The position numbers and the translations under genes were made by a program. This document shows, piece by piece, positions 28,597 to 38,082 of a DNA stretch of 64,000 nucleotides (the first letter of the stretch is position 1; each line of letters starts with the position of its first letter). The notes under the pieces are model-generated. The model saw nothing but the letters and a program-made list of their open reading frames with translations, did no database searches and was not told where the DNA came from. The stretch is from the NCBI GenBank assembly GCA_050916045.1, contig CP051526.1:1888001-1952000 (forward strand). The letters are read 5' to 3'. The stretch is from Tepidisphaera sp. GTDB taxonomy: Bacteria > Planctomycetota > Phycisphaerae > Phycisphaerales > UBA1924.

Positions 28597-30048
28597 ATGG
28601 ATGTCGCCGGATTCCACGCCCGCACCACGTCTCTCGCGAAAGCTCTGCTGCTCGCGATGATCGCGGCTCCCTACGCGTCCGCAGCCGATGATTGTTCGAG
28701 CCCGACGCCGCTCACCGTCGGCATCGGCGTCGCCGGAAGGACGGATCGTTCCGCTCCCACCCCGGGCATCCCCGCAAGCCACTGCGGCGGCACCAGCGAA
28801 CTCCACGGCGATGAGTGGTTCTCCTTCACCGCTCCCTTCGCCGCCGAGTACACCGTGACCCTCTGCGGCTCCGAGTACGACACCGTCCTCTCACTCTGGG
28901 ACGCCTGTCCCGACGGCGTCCGAGCGCCGCTTGACTGCAACGACGACGACTGCTTCTTCGGATCAACCCTCCGGCGAACCCTCGCCGCCGGTGAACGCAT
29001 CCTGATCCGCGTCGGCGGCCGCGACAATTTCTACGGCGAGTACCGCCTGCTCGTCGACACCGACCTGCCGCCCCCCGCCAACGACAACTGTGAGGATGCC
29101 CTTCAGGTCGGCCTCGGCCGCACCGTCGGCGCCACGATGCACGCCACGGTCGACGGCGCAAGCCGCTGCGACAGCGCCGCTCCCGACGTCTGGTACCGGT
29201 TCACCGCGCCCGCGACCGGCCCCTACACCTTCGACACCTGCGACATCCTCGGCTTCGACACGATTCTCTCGCTGCGAAGCACCTGCGGCGGATTCGAACT
29301 CGAGTGCAACAACAACGGCCCCTGCCAGGGCTGGTCCTTCCGCTCGCTGATCACGCGAAACCTCCACCAAGGCGAGTCCGTCCTCATCCGCGTCTCCGGC
29401 TTCATCGCCCAGGTCGGCACCTTCGCCCTCAACGTCTCCGCCGGCGGCCTCCCGCCCCCGCCCGTCAACGATGAGTGCTCCGGTGCTATCCCGCTCGCCA
29501 ACGCCGACGATCAGTTCTTCGACACCACCTGGGCCACCACCAGCGGCCTCTCCCTCGGAAACTGCGGCGGCGTCGCCACCATGCAGAACGACATCTTCTT
29601 CGCCTACACCGCCACCTGCACCGGCGAAGCCACCATCACCACCTGCGGCACCGCCTGGGACACCGTCCTCGCCGTCTACGACCGCTGCGGCGGCCGACTC
29701 CTCCGCTGCAACAACAACGACACCACCTTCGTCTGCGTCCAGTCCAGCGGTCAGTCCGTCCTGAAGTTCCCCGCTGTCCAAGGCCGCAGCTACACCATCG
29801 CCGTCGGCGCGGCTGTCGCGTGGCGCGATGGCCGAGGCATCATCAGCGCCGCTTGCGTCGCTCCCCCCGGATGCGCCGCCGACTACAACACCGACGGCTT
29901 CGTCGACGGCGACGACCTTCTCGCCTTCGTCTGGTGCTTTGACTTCGGAGCCTGCCGCCCCGGCAACTCCGCCGACATCAACCGCGACGGCTTCGTCGAC
30001 TTCTTCGATTACGACGACTTCATCCGCGCCTTCGAGGAAGGCTGCTAA
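28597..30048 (+). CDS. Secreted Cys-rich repeat (PPC-like) protein with GC-type dockerin
   Basis: AAGGAG RBS; three repeats NDxC..DxWF/YxF..DTVL..CN(D/N)D; tail ADINRDGFVDFFDYDDFIRAFEEGC. Confidence 0.85.
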   Translation: MDVAGFHARTTSLAKALLLAMIAAPYASAADDCSSPTPLTVGIGVAGRTDRSAPTPGIPASHCGGTSELHGDEWFSFTAPFAAEYTVTLCGSEYDTVLSLWDACPDGVRAPLDCNDDDCFFGSTLRRTLAAGERILIRVGGRDNFYGEYRLLVDTDLPPPANDNCEDALQVGLGRTVGATMHATVDGASRCDSAAPDVWYRFTAPATGPYTFDTCDILGFDTILSLRSTCGGFELECNNNGPCQGWSFRSLITRNLHQGESVLIRVSGFIAQVGTFALNVSAGGLPPPPVNDECSGAIPLANADDQFFDTTWATTSGLSLGNCGGVATMQNDIFFAYTATCTGEATITTCGTAWDTVLAVYDRCGGRLLRCNNNDTTFVCVQSSGQSVLKFPAVQGRSYTIAVGAAVAWRDGRGIISAACVAPPGCAADYNTDGFVDGDDLLAFVWCFDFGACRPGNSADINRDGFVDFFDYDDFIRAFEEGC

Positions 30049-30163
30049 CGAGCCAACACCCCCCGCACGCGGCCGTGGGAGAACATCCCCCGGCCGCGAT
30101 TCCCTCCCGCCAATCCCCGGGCCAATCTCTCAGCCGCCCCCCGCCTTCGACGTACCCTGCGAC

Positions 30164-30835
30164 ATGTCCGACACCAACGCTCCGCGGAGCCCGCACCCCA
30201 GCATTCCCTACCGAGCCCATGTCCCACCCGAAGGCGCCCAGGCCGCGGCCAAGAACTTCTGCGAAACCCTCGCCCGCCGCCGCTCCGTGAGACACTTCTC
30301 CGATCGCCCCGTTTCCTGGGACGTCCTCCAGTGGATCCTCCAAGCCGCATGCACCGCGCCAAGCGGTGCCAACCGCCAGCCCTGGCGCTTCGTCGCCGTC
30401 CAAGACCCCGCGATCAAACGCAAAATCCGCGAAGCCGCCGAAGCCGAGGAACGCGAGTTCTACTCCCGCAGAGCCACGCCCGAATGGCTCGCCGATCTCG
30501 CCCCTCTCGGCACCGACCCGACCAAGGAGTTCCTCGAAGTCGCGCCCTGGGTCATCGTCGTCTTCAAACTGATGAAAAACGACGACGGCGGAGCGACCTA
30601 CTACGTGAACGAAAGCGTCGGCATCGCCGTCGGCATGCTCCTCGCCGCCGCCCAACTCGCCGGCCTCGCCACGCTCACGCACACCCCAAGCCCCATGGGT
30701 TTCCTCACCGAGGTGCTTTCACGTCCCGCGAACGAACGCGCCTTCCTCGTGATTCCCATCGGCTACGCCGCGGAAAACGCCATGGTGCCCGACATCACGC
30801 GAAAGCCCACCACCGAAACCCTCGTCGTCGTCTGA
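30164..30835 (+). CDS. Nitroreductase superfamily, iodotyrosine deiodinase-like
   Basis: RRRSVRHFS, APSGANRQPW, EAEEREFY, YYVNESVGIAVG, LTHTPSPMGFL. Confidence 0.85.
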   Translation: MSDTNAPRSPHPSIPYRAHVPPEGAQAAAKNFCETLARRRSVRHFSDRPVSWDVLQWILQAACTAPSGANRQPWRFVAVQDPAIKRKIREAAEAEEREFYSRRATPEWLADLAPLGTDPTKEFLEVAPWVIVVFKLMKNDDGGATYYVNESVGIAVGMLLAAAQLAGLATLTHTPSPMGFLTEVLSRPANERAFLVIPIGYAAENAMVPDITRKPTTETLVVV

Positions 30836-30846
30836 CCGCCCTCTCT

Positions 30847-31350
30847 TCACGGCCCCGCGCGCCGCACCCGCTCCAGCCAGAAGCTCATCACCCACCACGC
30901 CGGCACCGGCGACAAGATCCACCCGATCGCCGCTTTCAAACCGCTCGACGTTCCAATCCTGAATCCAGCCCCGCTCGGCGGCGACGCCGCCTGCCCCGAA
31001 GCGACGATCAGCACGCCCATCGCGATCCCGATCAACGCGTACGTCAAAAGGACGAACGCCAGCGCCACCGTAACCCGAGCCAGCCCACCCGGCGACCTTC
31101 GCGCCGACGGCAGCAACGCCACGAGCACGACCGGGATGAGAATCAACCACCCCGCCCCGATCCATTGCAGGATGTTCTTGTCCCATCCCCTCACCGCATC
31201 CCCGACCGCCGCAAACCTCCCACCCGGCCCGAAGTTCGGCTGAACCATCGCGCCAATCACCACCAACGCCACCATCACGACGACCAGCACGCCGAAACCG
31301 ATCAGGTCCTTCCGGTTGTAAAGCCGTCGTTTCCGCAAACGATTCTCCAA
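30847..31350 (-). CDS. Hypothetical membrane protein
   Basis: About four hydrophobic helices; start uncertain. Confidence 0.6.
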   Translation of the reverse strand: MENRLRKRRLYNRKDLIGFGVLVVVMVALVVIGAMVQPNFGPGGRFAAVGDAVRGWDKNILQWIGAGWLILIPVVLVALLPSARRSPGGLARVTVALAFVLLTYALIGIAMGVLIVASGQAASPPSGAGFRIGTSSGLKAAIGWILSPVPAWWVMSFWLERVRRAGP

Positions 31351-31477
31351 GCACTCGCGTAACGCAGTCTATCGCCAAGCGTCCGGGGCACTTCCACCCG
31401 CGCAACGAAAAAGCGCCAAGTCCAAGGGACTCGGCGCTCGTCTCGCGACCAAAGGGCTCAGTTGAGCCGTCAATCAA

Positions 31478-31823
31478 TGGAGCCGGGGGGAATCGAACCC
31501 CCGTGTCGGACAGTCAGCCCGCCGCCTCTACGCGTGTGTCTCGCTCTTTGTTCTCGTCCGAAGCCCCGCAGCGAGCGGCATGACTTTTGGACATATCCGC
31601 GGTAAGTGTCGCGGGTGATCCCCGAAGATCTCGGATCTCCGCCAAGCCTGATGCTTCATTCACTCCCCTATCAGGCGTTGGAGGTGAACGGGTGGCCTAA
31701 ATTAGGCCGCCATGGCGTAGTTGTTATTAGCAACTAATTTTGTGCCTACGTTTTACGAGTCCAGCAGGCTCCTCGACGCGCCACGTCAAGCTTCACATGC
31801 CCGGTCGAAACCATTTCGGCCCC
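31478..31823 (-). ncRNA. ssrA: tmRNA (tag peptide (A)ANNNYAMAA)
   Basis: 5' GGGGCCGAAATGGTTTCGAC; 3' GGGGGTTCGATTCCCCCCGGCTCCA (T-arm and alanine acceptor stem with G:U); internal frame GCT AAT AAC AAC TAC GCC ATG GCG GCC TAA. Confidence 0.96.
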
Positions 31824-31894
31824 AACTTTTCAAACATCCGCAGCCATTCTACGCATCCCGACACCCCCGGGTTCGCCCCGCTACCATCCTCCCC

Positions 31895-33169
31895 ATGCCG
31901 CGCCGCTTCCTCTTCGCCCTCCTCTCACTCGTCGCGCTCGCCCAAGGCTGCGCCGTCAACCGGCCCGCCCTCTCCTCCGACAAGCTCATCCAACGCAAAG
32001 CCGCCCAGCTCGGCTACATCACCCAGTACGCCCGGATCGTCGAAGACCGCCTCGTCCGCCGCATGGCCCACGAAGCCGCCGCCACCCCGGACCGCCAAGC
32101 CGTCATCGATATCCTCATCATCTCCGGCGGCGGTGACTTCGGCGCCTTCGGCGCAGGCTTCCTCCAGGGCTGGGGCTGGAACGTCACTCCCGCATCCGAC
32201 CTCCAGAAACGCCCCGAATTCGACATCGTGACCGGCGTCTCCACCGGCGCGCTTATCGCCCCCTACGCCTTCATCGGCACGTCTCCCGAATACGACCGCG
32301 TCGCCGACCTCTACTCCGCGCCCAAGAAAGAGTGGTTCGTCAGCCGCGGCTTGCTCAAGCTCCTCTTCGGAGCCGAGTCCTACATGGACACCTCCGGCCT
32401 CCGCGCGGAGCTCGACAACCAGATCACAAGCGAAACCATCTCCGCCATCGCCCAAGGCGAACGCGAGCACCGCTCCCTCTGGATCGGAACCACCAACCTC
32501 GACCTCGGCGTCCTCTACCCCTGGGACCTCACCCTCGAAGCTCGCGGCATCGTCGAAGCTCCGCCCTCCGTCGAGCAGACATCCGGCTCCGCCGAAGCCA
32601 ACCGCATCGCCGAGCCCGTCGGAGCCCACGGTGCCCGCGCAAGCCGCTTCCGCGATGTCCTCCTCGCCTCCGCTTCCATCCCCGCCGTCTTCCCCCCGGT
32701 CGTCATCGACGACACCCTCTACGTCGACGGCGGCACCACCTCCAACATCCTCTTCGACGTCGATCTCCTCCAGCCCGGCGGCCCCGTCGAACGCTTCCGC
32801 AAGGACAACCCCTCCCTCCGCCTCCCTCGCTTCCGCTACTGGATCATCATCAACAACAAGATCGGAGCCGACGGACACATCGTCCAGCCCACCTGGCTCA
32901 GCATCACCAAAGCAAGCGTCGCCACCGCCATCCGCTCATCCACCCTCGGAAGTCTCAAACACCTCGAAGCCCTCACCGAACTGCAGCGCTGCAAAGGCAT
33001 CGATTCCGAGTTCCGCTTCGTCTGCATCCCCGACGACTGGCAACCCCCCGTCGAAAGCCCCGAACCCTTCGACCCTGCTCTGATGAACTCCCTCCTCGAC
33101 CTCGGCCGCCAGATGGGCGAACGCTGGGAAAGCTGGCGCACCGACCTCTCCGCCAACATTACCGACTAA
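31895..33169 (+). CDS. Patatin-like phospholipase, lipoprotein
   Basis: Lipobox AQGC; ISGGGDFGAFGAG, GVSTG (GxSxG), LASASIPAVFPP, YVDGG. Confidence 0.92.
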   Translation: MPRRFLFALLSLVALAQGCAVNRPALSSDKLIQRKAAQLGYITQYARIVEDRLVRRMAHEAAATPDRQAVIDILIISGGGDFGAFGAGFLQGWGWNVTPASDLQKRPEFDIVTGVSTGALIAPYAFIGTSPEYDRVADLYSAPKKEWFVSRGLLKLLFGAESYMDTSGLRAELDNQITSETISAIAQGEREHRSLWIGTTNLDLGVLYPWDLTLEARGIVEAPPSVEQTSGSAEANRIAEPVGAHGARASRFRDVLLASASIPAVFPPVVIDDTLYVDGGTTSNILFDVDLLQPGGPVERFRKDNPSLRLPRFRYWIIINNKIGADGHIVQPTWLSITKASVATAIRSSTLGSLKHLEALTELQRCKGIDSEFRFVCIPDDWQPPVESPEPFDPALMNSLLDLGRQMGERWESWRTDLSANITD

Positions 33170-33290
33170 TCAGAGCCCGACGCGCCAGCGAGGGAAAAGC
33201 GGCCCAAGGTCTCCAACCGCAACCGTCTCCCATCGTCACACGCGACCTTCGCCCGCCACTCTGTCAGAGCCCGACGCGCCAGCGAGGGAA
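33170..33290 (+). repeat. Two direct copies of a 27 bp REP-like unit
   Basis: TCAGAGCCCGACGCGCCAGCGAGGGAA at 33170 and 33264; related copies at 37754 (+) and 42063/42096 (-). Confidence 0.85.
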
Positions 33291-33378
33291 GTACGAAGTC
33301 CGGCCAACTCCCCAAGACATGCATCGTCGCCAACGACGACCACGTTCACCGCGCCTCCCCGCACCCCTAGCGTTCCTC

Positions 33379-33813
33379 ATGACCCTCCAGCAACAGATCG
33401 ACACCTTCTTGAGCGGCTCACCCTTCGCCGTCTGCGGCGCTTCTCCCGACCGCCACAAGTACGGCAACAAGTGCTTCCGCTGCCTCCTCCAAGCCGGCCG
33501 CACCGCATTCCCCATCAACCCTTCCGCCGCCGAAGTCGAAAGCCATCAAGCCTTCGCCAAGCTCGCCGACCTCGCTTCGCATCTTGCCGCTTCCGACAAG
33601 CCGCCCATCCACGCCGTCTCCATCATCACGCCCCACCCCATCACCGAGAAAATCATCGAACAGATGGGCGAACTCAACATCAAACACGCATGGATGCAGC
33701 CCGGCGCTGAAAGCCCCAAAGCCATCGCCCGCGCCCGCGAACTCGGCATCAACACCATCGCCGGCGGCCCCTGCCTGCTCGTCATCCTCGGCTACCACGA
33801 ACACGCCGACTGA
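33379..33813 (+). CDS. CoA-binding protein (YccU-like)
   Basis: AVCGASPDRHKYG, FPINP, AWMQPGAES, GPCLLV. Confidence 0.9.
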   Translation: MTLQQQIDTFLSGSPFAVCGASPDRHKYGNKCFRCLLQAGRTAFPINPSAAEVESHQAFAKLADLASHLAASDKPPIHAVSIITPHPITEKIIEQMGELNIKHAWMQPGAESPKAIARARELGINTIAGGPCLLVILGYHEHAD

Positions 33814-33862
33814 CGCCCGCCTCTCGTCTCTCGCCAAGAACGCCGTCCTTCAGCCCCTCCCC

Positions 33863-34288
33863 TTACTTCCCCGCCCGCGCCCTTGCCAACCGCGCGACCA
33901 CACCCCCGACCCAAGCGCCAAGGACCGCCGGGACCGCCAGAAACGCGTACATCACCATCTCAAACGGAATGAGATTGTGCGAGGTGGAGTCCTTCACAAT
34001 CTCCGCGATCGCGACAACCGGAAACACCGCCACGCTCGCCGCTCCGATCGCGACAGGATGCCAACGCGTCAAAGCCCCCGCGATCAGCCCAAGCACCAGC
34101 AAAGCCGCCGGAGCCGCCCACGACAAGCTCTCAACCGCCGTTCGGATCAGCGGAAACAGCGGCGCATCCATCAGCGGCTTGCTCGACACCATCACCGGCA
34201 CCACCACGCACCCCGCTCCAAGCGCCGCCATCGTGACCGCAACGAACGCCTGTTCACCGATCGAAACCGCACGTGTTTGCTGAACCAT
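33863..34288 (-). CDS. Hypothetical membrane protein
   Basis: Four hydrophobic helices; DSTSHNLIPFE motif before the last helix. Confidence 0.7.
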   Translation of the reverse strand: MVQQTRAVSIGEQAFVAVTMAALGAGCVVVPVMVSSKPLMDAPLFPLIRTAVESLSWAAPAALLVLGLIAGALTRWHPVAIGAASVAVFPVVAIAEIVKDSTSHNLIPFEMVMYAFLAVPAVLGAWVGGVVARLARARAGK

Positions 34289-34398
34289 ACCGCACCTCCT
34301 CGAAGACTAGTACACACTAACATGTCTCCTGCCCGTTGTCAAGGTCCAAGATCCCGAAATTTCGCGTCCTCCGCCCACGAACGCTCGATGACCTTGTC

Positions 34399-35262
34399 AT
34401 GAACTCCGACGCAACAGGCCGCCTCCGCCACGCTCTCGCCCAAGCCGGCCTCACCGATCGCGCGAGCGACATCCTCGAAAGCGCACGCCCGGGCGTCCGC
34501 TACACCCTCACGCGCGGCGAAAGCCCCCAGGGTGCGACCCGCTTCGGCGGGGCACCGGACCTTCCCTCCGGCTTCGCCTGGCCCAACCACGAATCCATCG
34601 ACGCCCGCTTTGTCGCGCAGATCGACCTCGACCAACTCGCAGCGATCATGCCCGACAATCCTCTGCCGCACTCGGGTCTGCTTAGCTTCTTCTGGTGGCA
34701 GGAAGATTCCTATGGCGCGGATCCCGAAGGCTGCCGCGTCTACCACTTCCCCAAGCAAGCACTCCGCCGCGCCACCGACCCATGGTCCAAACGGCCCGAG
34801 CACATCGGCTTCTTCCGCCGCCTCTTCCGAGCAAAGCCATCCGAGAACGGCCAGGGCTGGCACGCCTGCTCCGCCAAGCCCGCGCTCGACCTCTGGCTCG
34901 ACCACCTCGCATGGGAGAACGGCCTGTCCAAGCGATTCACCCCGCAGGAATCCGAAAGCCTCTTCGAACTCCCGCCAGACTCCGGCTTGTCCTTCGAAGG
35001 TCACCACATCCTCGGCAACGCCCAGCCCATCCAGGGCGCGGTCGAAGTCGAAGCCGAACTTCCCGCAGGTGCCCACGGCGCCGCCGCGTGGGAGTCCGCC
35101 GCACGAACCGCCTCACGCTGGCGATGCCTCCTCGAAGTCACCTCCGACGGCCCGCCCGGCTTCTGCTTCGGAGATTGGGGTACCGTCTACTTCATGATCA
35201 CCGAAGACGACCTCCAAGCCCACCGCTTCGACCGCGTCCAGCCGGTCATGCAGTGCCACTGA
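34399..35262 (+). CDS. DUF1963 (YwqG-like) protein
   Basis: RFGGAPDLP..WP, FVAQIDL, LPHSGLLSFF, HHILG...IQG, FGDWGTVYFMITEDDL..RFD..MQC. Confidence 0.85.
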   Translation: MNSDATGRLRHALAQAGLTDRASDILESARPGVRYTLTRGESPQGATRFGGAPDLPSGFAWPNHESIDARFVAQIDLDQLAAIMPDNPLPHSGLLSFFWWQEDSYGADPEGCRVYHFPKQALRRATDPWSKRPEHIGFFRRLFRAKPSENGQGWHACSAKPALDLWLDHLAWENGLSKRFTPQESESLFELPPDSGLSFEGHHILGNAQPIQGAVEVEAELPAGAHGAAAWESAARTASRWRCLLEVTSDGPPGFCFGDWGTVYFMITEDDLQAHRFDRVQPVMQCH

Positions 35263-35308
35263 CCTGCCCCACGCGAAAGCCCGAGTCGTCATCCACCTAG
35301 CATTCCCC

Positions 35309-36706
35309 ATGGCCCACACACTCCTGATCCTGCCCTTCCTTCTCGCGCCGCTCCTCCACGCGCCCGCCCTCGCCCAGCCCGAGCAGCCCGCCGTCGAGAA
35401 GGCCGACGCCCCTTCCATCTCGCAGATCCTCGGCACCTACATCCAAGCCGCCAAAGCCGACAACGAAGACGACCTCGCCGCCGCACGCAGGGGCCTCGTC
35501 GAAGCTTTCGAACGCCAAGCCCCGACCGCCGACGACCGCAAGCTCATCCTCACCCGCGCTGCCGAACTCAAGCCCGTCGATGACTGGTGGGACGACCCCG
35601 CCGTCGACCTCATCCTCCTTCTGGACTCCTCGCTCACCCTCTCCGACCTGCCGACTCTCCGCGAGACTTTCGACAACCTCAACCCCAACGCCAAAGGCGC
35701 CGTCCTCCGCTGCATCGCCAGCCTCGACGACAAAGCCGCCGCCCAGACCTTCCTCGACCTCGCCCGCGCCGCTTCCAAAGCCAACCAGCTCCCCATGCTC
35801 ATGCTCGGCGACTACGCCGACTCCGACACCGCTCTCCCCGTCCTCGTCCCCGGCATCCTCGACCTCACCGCCCGCGATGATCAGCCCGCGTACGAGGTCT
35901 TCCACCTCTTCCTCGGCCTCGCCCAGCAGGACCGCCTCTCCGACGAGACCAAAGCCAAGACGATGGCCGCCGCCCAATCCGCCATCCAACGCATCGTCCC
36001 ACGCGTCCTTCAGTTCGAAAAAGACTCCCCCCTCGCCCTCCGCACCCCCAAGCAGCAGGAGGACCACGAGGACCTCTGCGCCCTCGCCGGCGTCATCCTC
36101 GACATCGTCTCCCACGCCGACGCCGCCACGATCGAACGCATCGCCCGGCCCGCCCTCGCGGTCAAGTCCACCAACATCCGCATGTGGGCTTGCATCGCGC
36201 TGCTCACCGGGGGCAAGACGGTGCCCCCCGAGGTTCCCCTCTCGATCGCCGACGACATCACCCAGCGCGAGCGGTTCATGCGGATCCTGCACAACCGCGG
36301 CTTCGGAGACGCGTTCCCCGAGAAGTACCGAAACAACGCCGACGCGGCCGCCGCCAACATGGTCCAGTGGCTCATGCACCCCAACGAGCTCGGCGAAGCC
36401 CCGGCCGAGTTCGAACTCGCCAAACGCTTCGAATACACCGAGAGCGGCCAAGCCGTCGAGTACTTCGTGTACCGGTTCAAGGAGAAAGCCGACCCGGATG
36501 AGCCGGCTCCCGCTTGGCTCATGGGTGTCTGCGGCCCGTACACCGTCGGCATCTTCGACCGCGAGGGCGGCGCCCACACCTTCAGCCGGTTCCAGCCCTG
36601 GGACCCCGAGCGGCTCGAAGATGAAGTGAAGGAAGTCCGCAAGCTGATCGACTCCGCGTGGCAGGAGCAGCTGGGCACACCCTCTCGCCGCAAACCCAAG
36701 TGGTAA
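35309..36706 (+). CDS. Secreted alpha-helical (HEAT-like) hypothetical protein
   Basis: Signal peptide (APALA-Q), helical repeats, C-terminal region MVQWLMHPNELGEAP..YFVYRF..GVCGPY. Confidence 0.7.
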   Translation: MAHTLLILPFLLAPLLHAPALAQPEQPAVEKADAPSISQILGTYIQAAKADNEDDLAAARRGLVEAFERQAPTADDRKLILTRAAELKPVDDWWDDPAVDLILLLDSSLTLSDLPTLRETFDNLNPNAKGAVLRCIASLDDKAAAQTFLDLARAASKANQLPMLMLGDYADSDTALPVLVPGILDLTARDDQPAYEVFHLFLGLAQQDRLSDETKAKTMAAAQSAIQRIVPRVLQFEKDSPLALRTPKQQEDHEDLCALAGVILDIVSHADAATIERIARPALAVKSTNIRMWACIALLTGGKTVPPEVPLSIADDITQRERFMRILHNRGFGDAFPEKYRNNADAAAANMVQWLMHPNELGEAPAEFELAKRFEYTESGQAVEYFVYRFKEKADPDEPAPAWLMGVCGPYTVGIFDREGGAHTFSRFQPWDPERLEDEVKEVRKLIDSAWQEQLGTPSRRKPKW

Positions 36707-36708
36707 GG

Positions 36709-37149
36709 TCAGCGGTCCCCTGACACGACAACGATGCGGGGTTCGATGTCGGTCGTGAGACGCCACGCGGCGGAGCATTCGGGGCAGACGGTGCAGCCGT
36801 CGGGCTCGGGCTCGTGGCTTGAGAGGTCGTAGGCGCACGCGGCGCAGAGCTTGCGAGAGCTCATCGAGACCCGGAGGACCTGCGAGCGTTCACGCCACGC
36901 GGTGCGGATGTTGGCCAGAGCGGTCAGGATGACCGTCATCGTCGGAGCGATCACCACCGAGAAGATCGTGAGGCCCACGACTTCGGGCCCGACCAGCGCG
37001 ATCGCCGCGATGCCCACGAGCGTGATGCCCCCGACCAGCATCAGGCCGATGCCGAGCGGCGAACGCCACGCGAGCCGCGGACCGCCGGGGAGGAAGCGGA
37101 CCAGACGGACCGCTTGATTCCGATCGTCCTGGGCGTGAAACCTGATCAT
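36709..37149 (-). CDS. Membrane protein with C-terminal zinc ribbon
   Basis: Two transmembrane helices, then CAACAYDL..CTVCPECSAAW. Confidence 0.7.
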   Translation of the reverse strand: MIRFHAQDDRNQAVRLVRFLPGGPRLAWRSPLGIGLMLVGGITLVGIAAIALVGPEVVGLTIFSVVIAPTMTVILTALANIRTAWRERSQVLRVSMSSRKLCAACAYDLSSHEPEPDGCTVCPECSAAWRLTTDIEPRIVVVSGDR

Positions 37150-37422
37150 GCCAAGGAGTGTTCGCCGTTCGAGCGGGTTTCGATGCTCGGATGAGGATTT
37201 TCGCGAGTGGAGGGGTGAGGTTTCGGTCAGGAGACCCCGCCAAGCGGTTCCTCCAGCGATCGGTGCCGATAAACCATGCGGCTCCCTTCCAGCGGTCGCG
37301 TCACCCCGATTTCCCGACAATTTCACCCGCACTTCCCACCGCCGTGCGCACACCGCCGGTCACCGCGCGCCCGCATCGCAAACCCACCGAAAGACAACCC
37401 CCGCGCACGTGATTGCTCTCGC

Positions 37423-37998
37423 ATGAGCACCACTGCGCGCAAACCACCCTCGCACGAAGCCCTCCTCGCCGATCTCTTCGAGCTCAACTTCCGCATCGAG
37501 GACCTCATCGCCAAGCACGAGCTCACGCCCGCGCAGTTCCTCGCTTTCTCCGAGGACGAAACCGTCCGCAAAACCCTCGAAGCCTTCGAGCAGATGCAAA
37601 CCCGCCACCAGCGCATCCTTGCCCGCCAACACCAAGCCGGCTCCGTCGGCTACCTCCACCAATGCATCATGGACGCCCCGTCCACCATCGAAACCCGCCG
37701 CGCCGCCACCGCCCTCGCCAGACTCACCACCGTCATGCTGGCGCCGCCTCAACGAGCCCGCAGCGCCAGCAAGGGAGATCCCGCCCAAACCCAACAACCC
37801 ACAACAACCCCCAATCCCACCAACACCCCGACCAAATCCGCCACAACCCCCACCACGCCAACCCCCGCAATCCCTTCCACAAGCAAACCCACCACCTCAC
37901 TCGAAGCCCAACTCCCCACCCCAGCCCTCGTCATCACCACCCCCGCGCGAACCCCCCACACCGCATCGACGCGATCCCCTCCCCGCGCCAGCGGATGA
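37423..37998 (+). CDS. Hypothetical protein with Pro/Thr-rich low-complexity tail
   Basis: Helical N-terminal half; tail encoded by extremely C/A-rich DNA; contains a REP-like copy at 37754-37776. Confidence 0.55.
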   Translation: MSTTARKPPSHEALLADLFELNFRIEDLIAKHELTPAQFLAFSEDETVRKTLEAFEQMQTRHQRILARQHQAGSVGYLHQCIMDAPSTIETRRAATALARLTTVMLAPPQRARSASKGDPAQTQQPTTTPNPTNTPTKSATTPTTPTPAIPSTSKPTTSLEAQLPTPALVITTPARTPHTASTRSPPRASG

Positions 37999-38010
37999 AA
38001 GCCGCTCCTT

Positions 38011-38058
38011 CCCCCGTGCCATCGGCGACACGGGGTTGTTGGCACACATGTGTGTCGG
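38011..38058. other. Hairpin plus palindrome at the strand-skew switch
   Basis: CCCCGTG..CACGGGG stem and perfect CACACATGTGTG (38043-38054), located where the + strand turns from C-rich to G-rich. Confidence 0.6.
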
Positions 38059-38082
38059 ACGTGGGTGTGGTACAACACGGCG

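Noticed and set aside
31350..31478. Integrative island at the tmRNA 3' end
   Set aside because: No integrase and no duplicated tmRNA 3' segment noticed in the window.
31721..31894. N-terminal extension of the patatin ORF
   Set aside because: Overlaps the tmRNA gene; ATG 31895 gives a proper lipoprotein signal peptide.
33170..33290. CRISPR array (two 27 bp direct repeats)
   Set aside because: Only two copies with a 67 nt gap, dispersed copies elsewhere in both orientations, and no cas genes; fits a REP.
38030..38062. dif/XerCD site at the skew switch
   Set aside because: The arms (GTCCGACA/TGCCAAC on the minus strand) only loosely recall Xer-type sites; the TAA-N6-TTA core is absent, and the skew polarity is origin-like rather than terminus-like.
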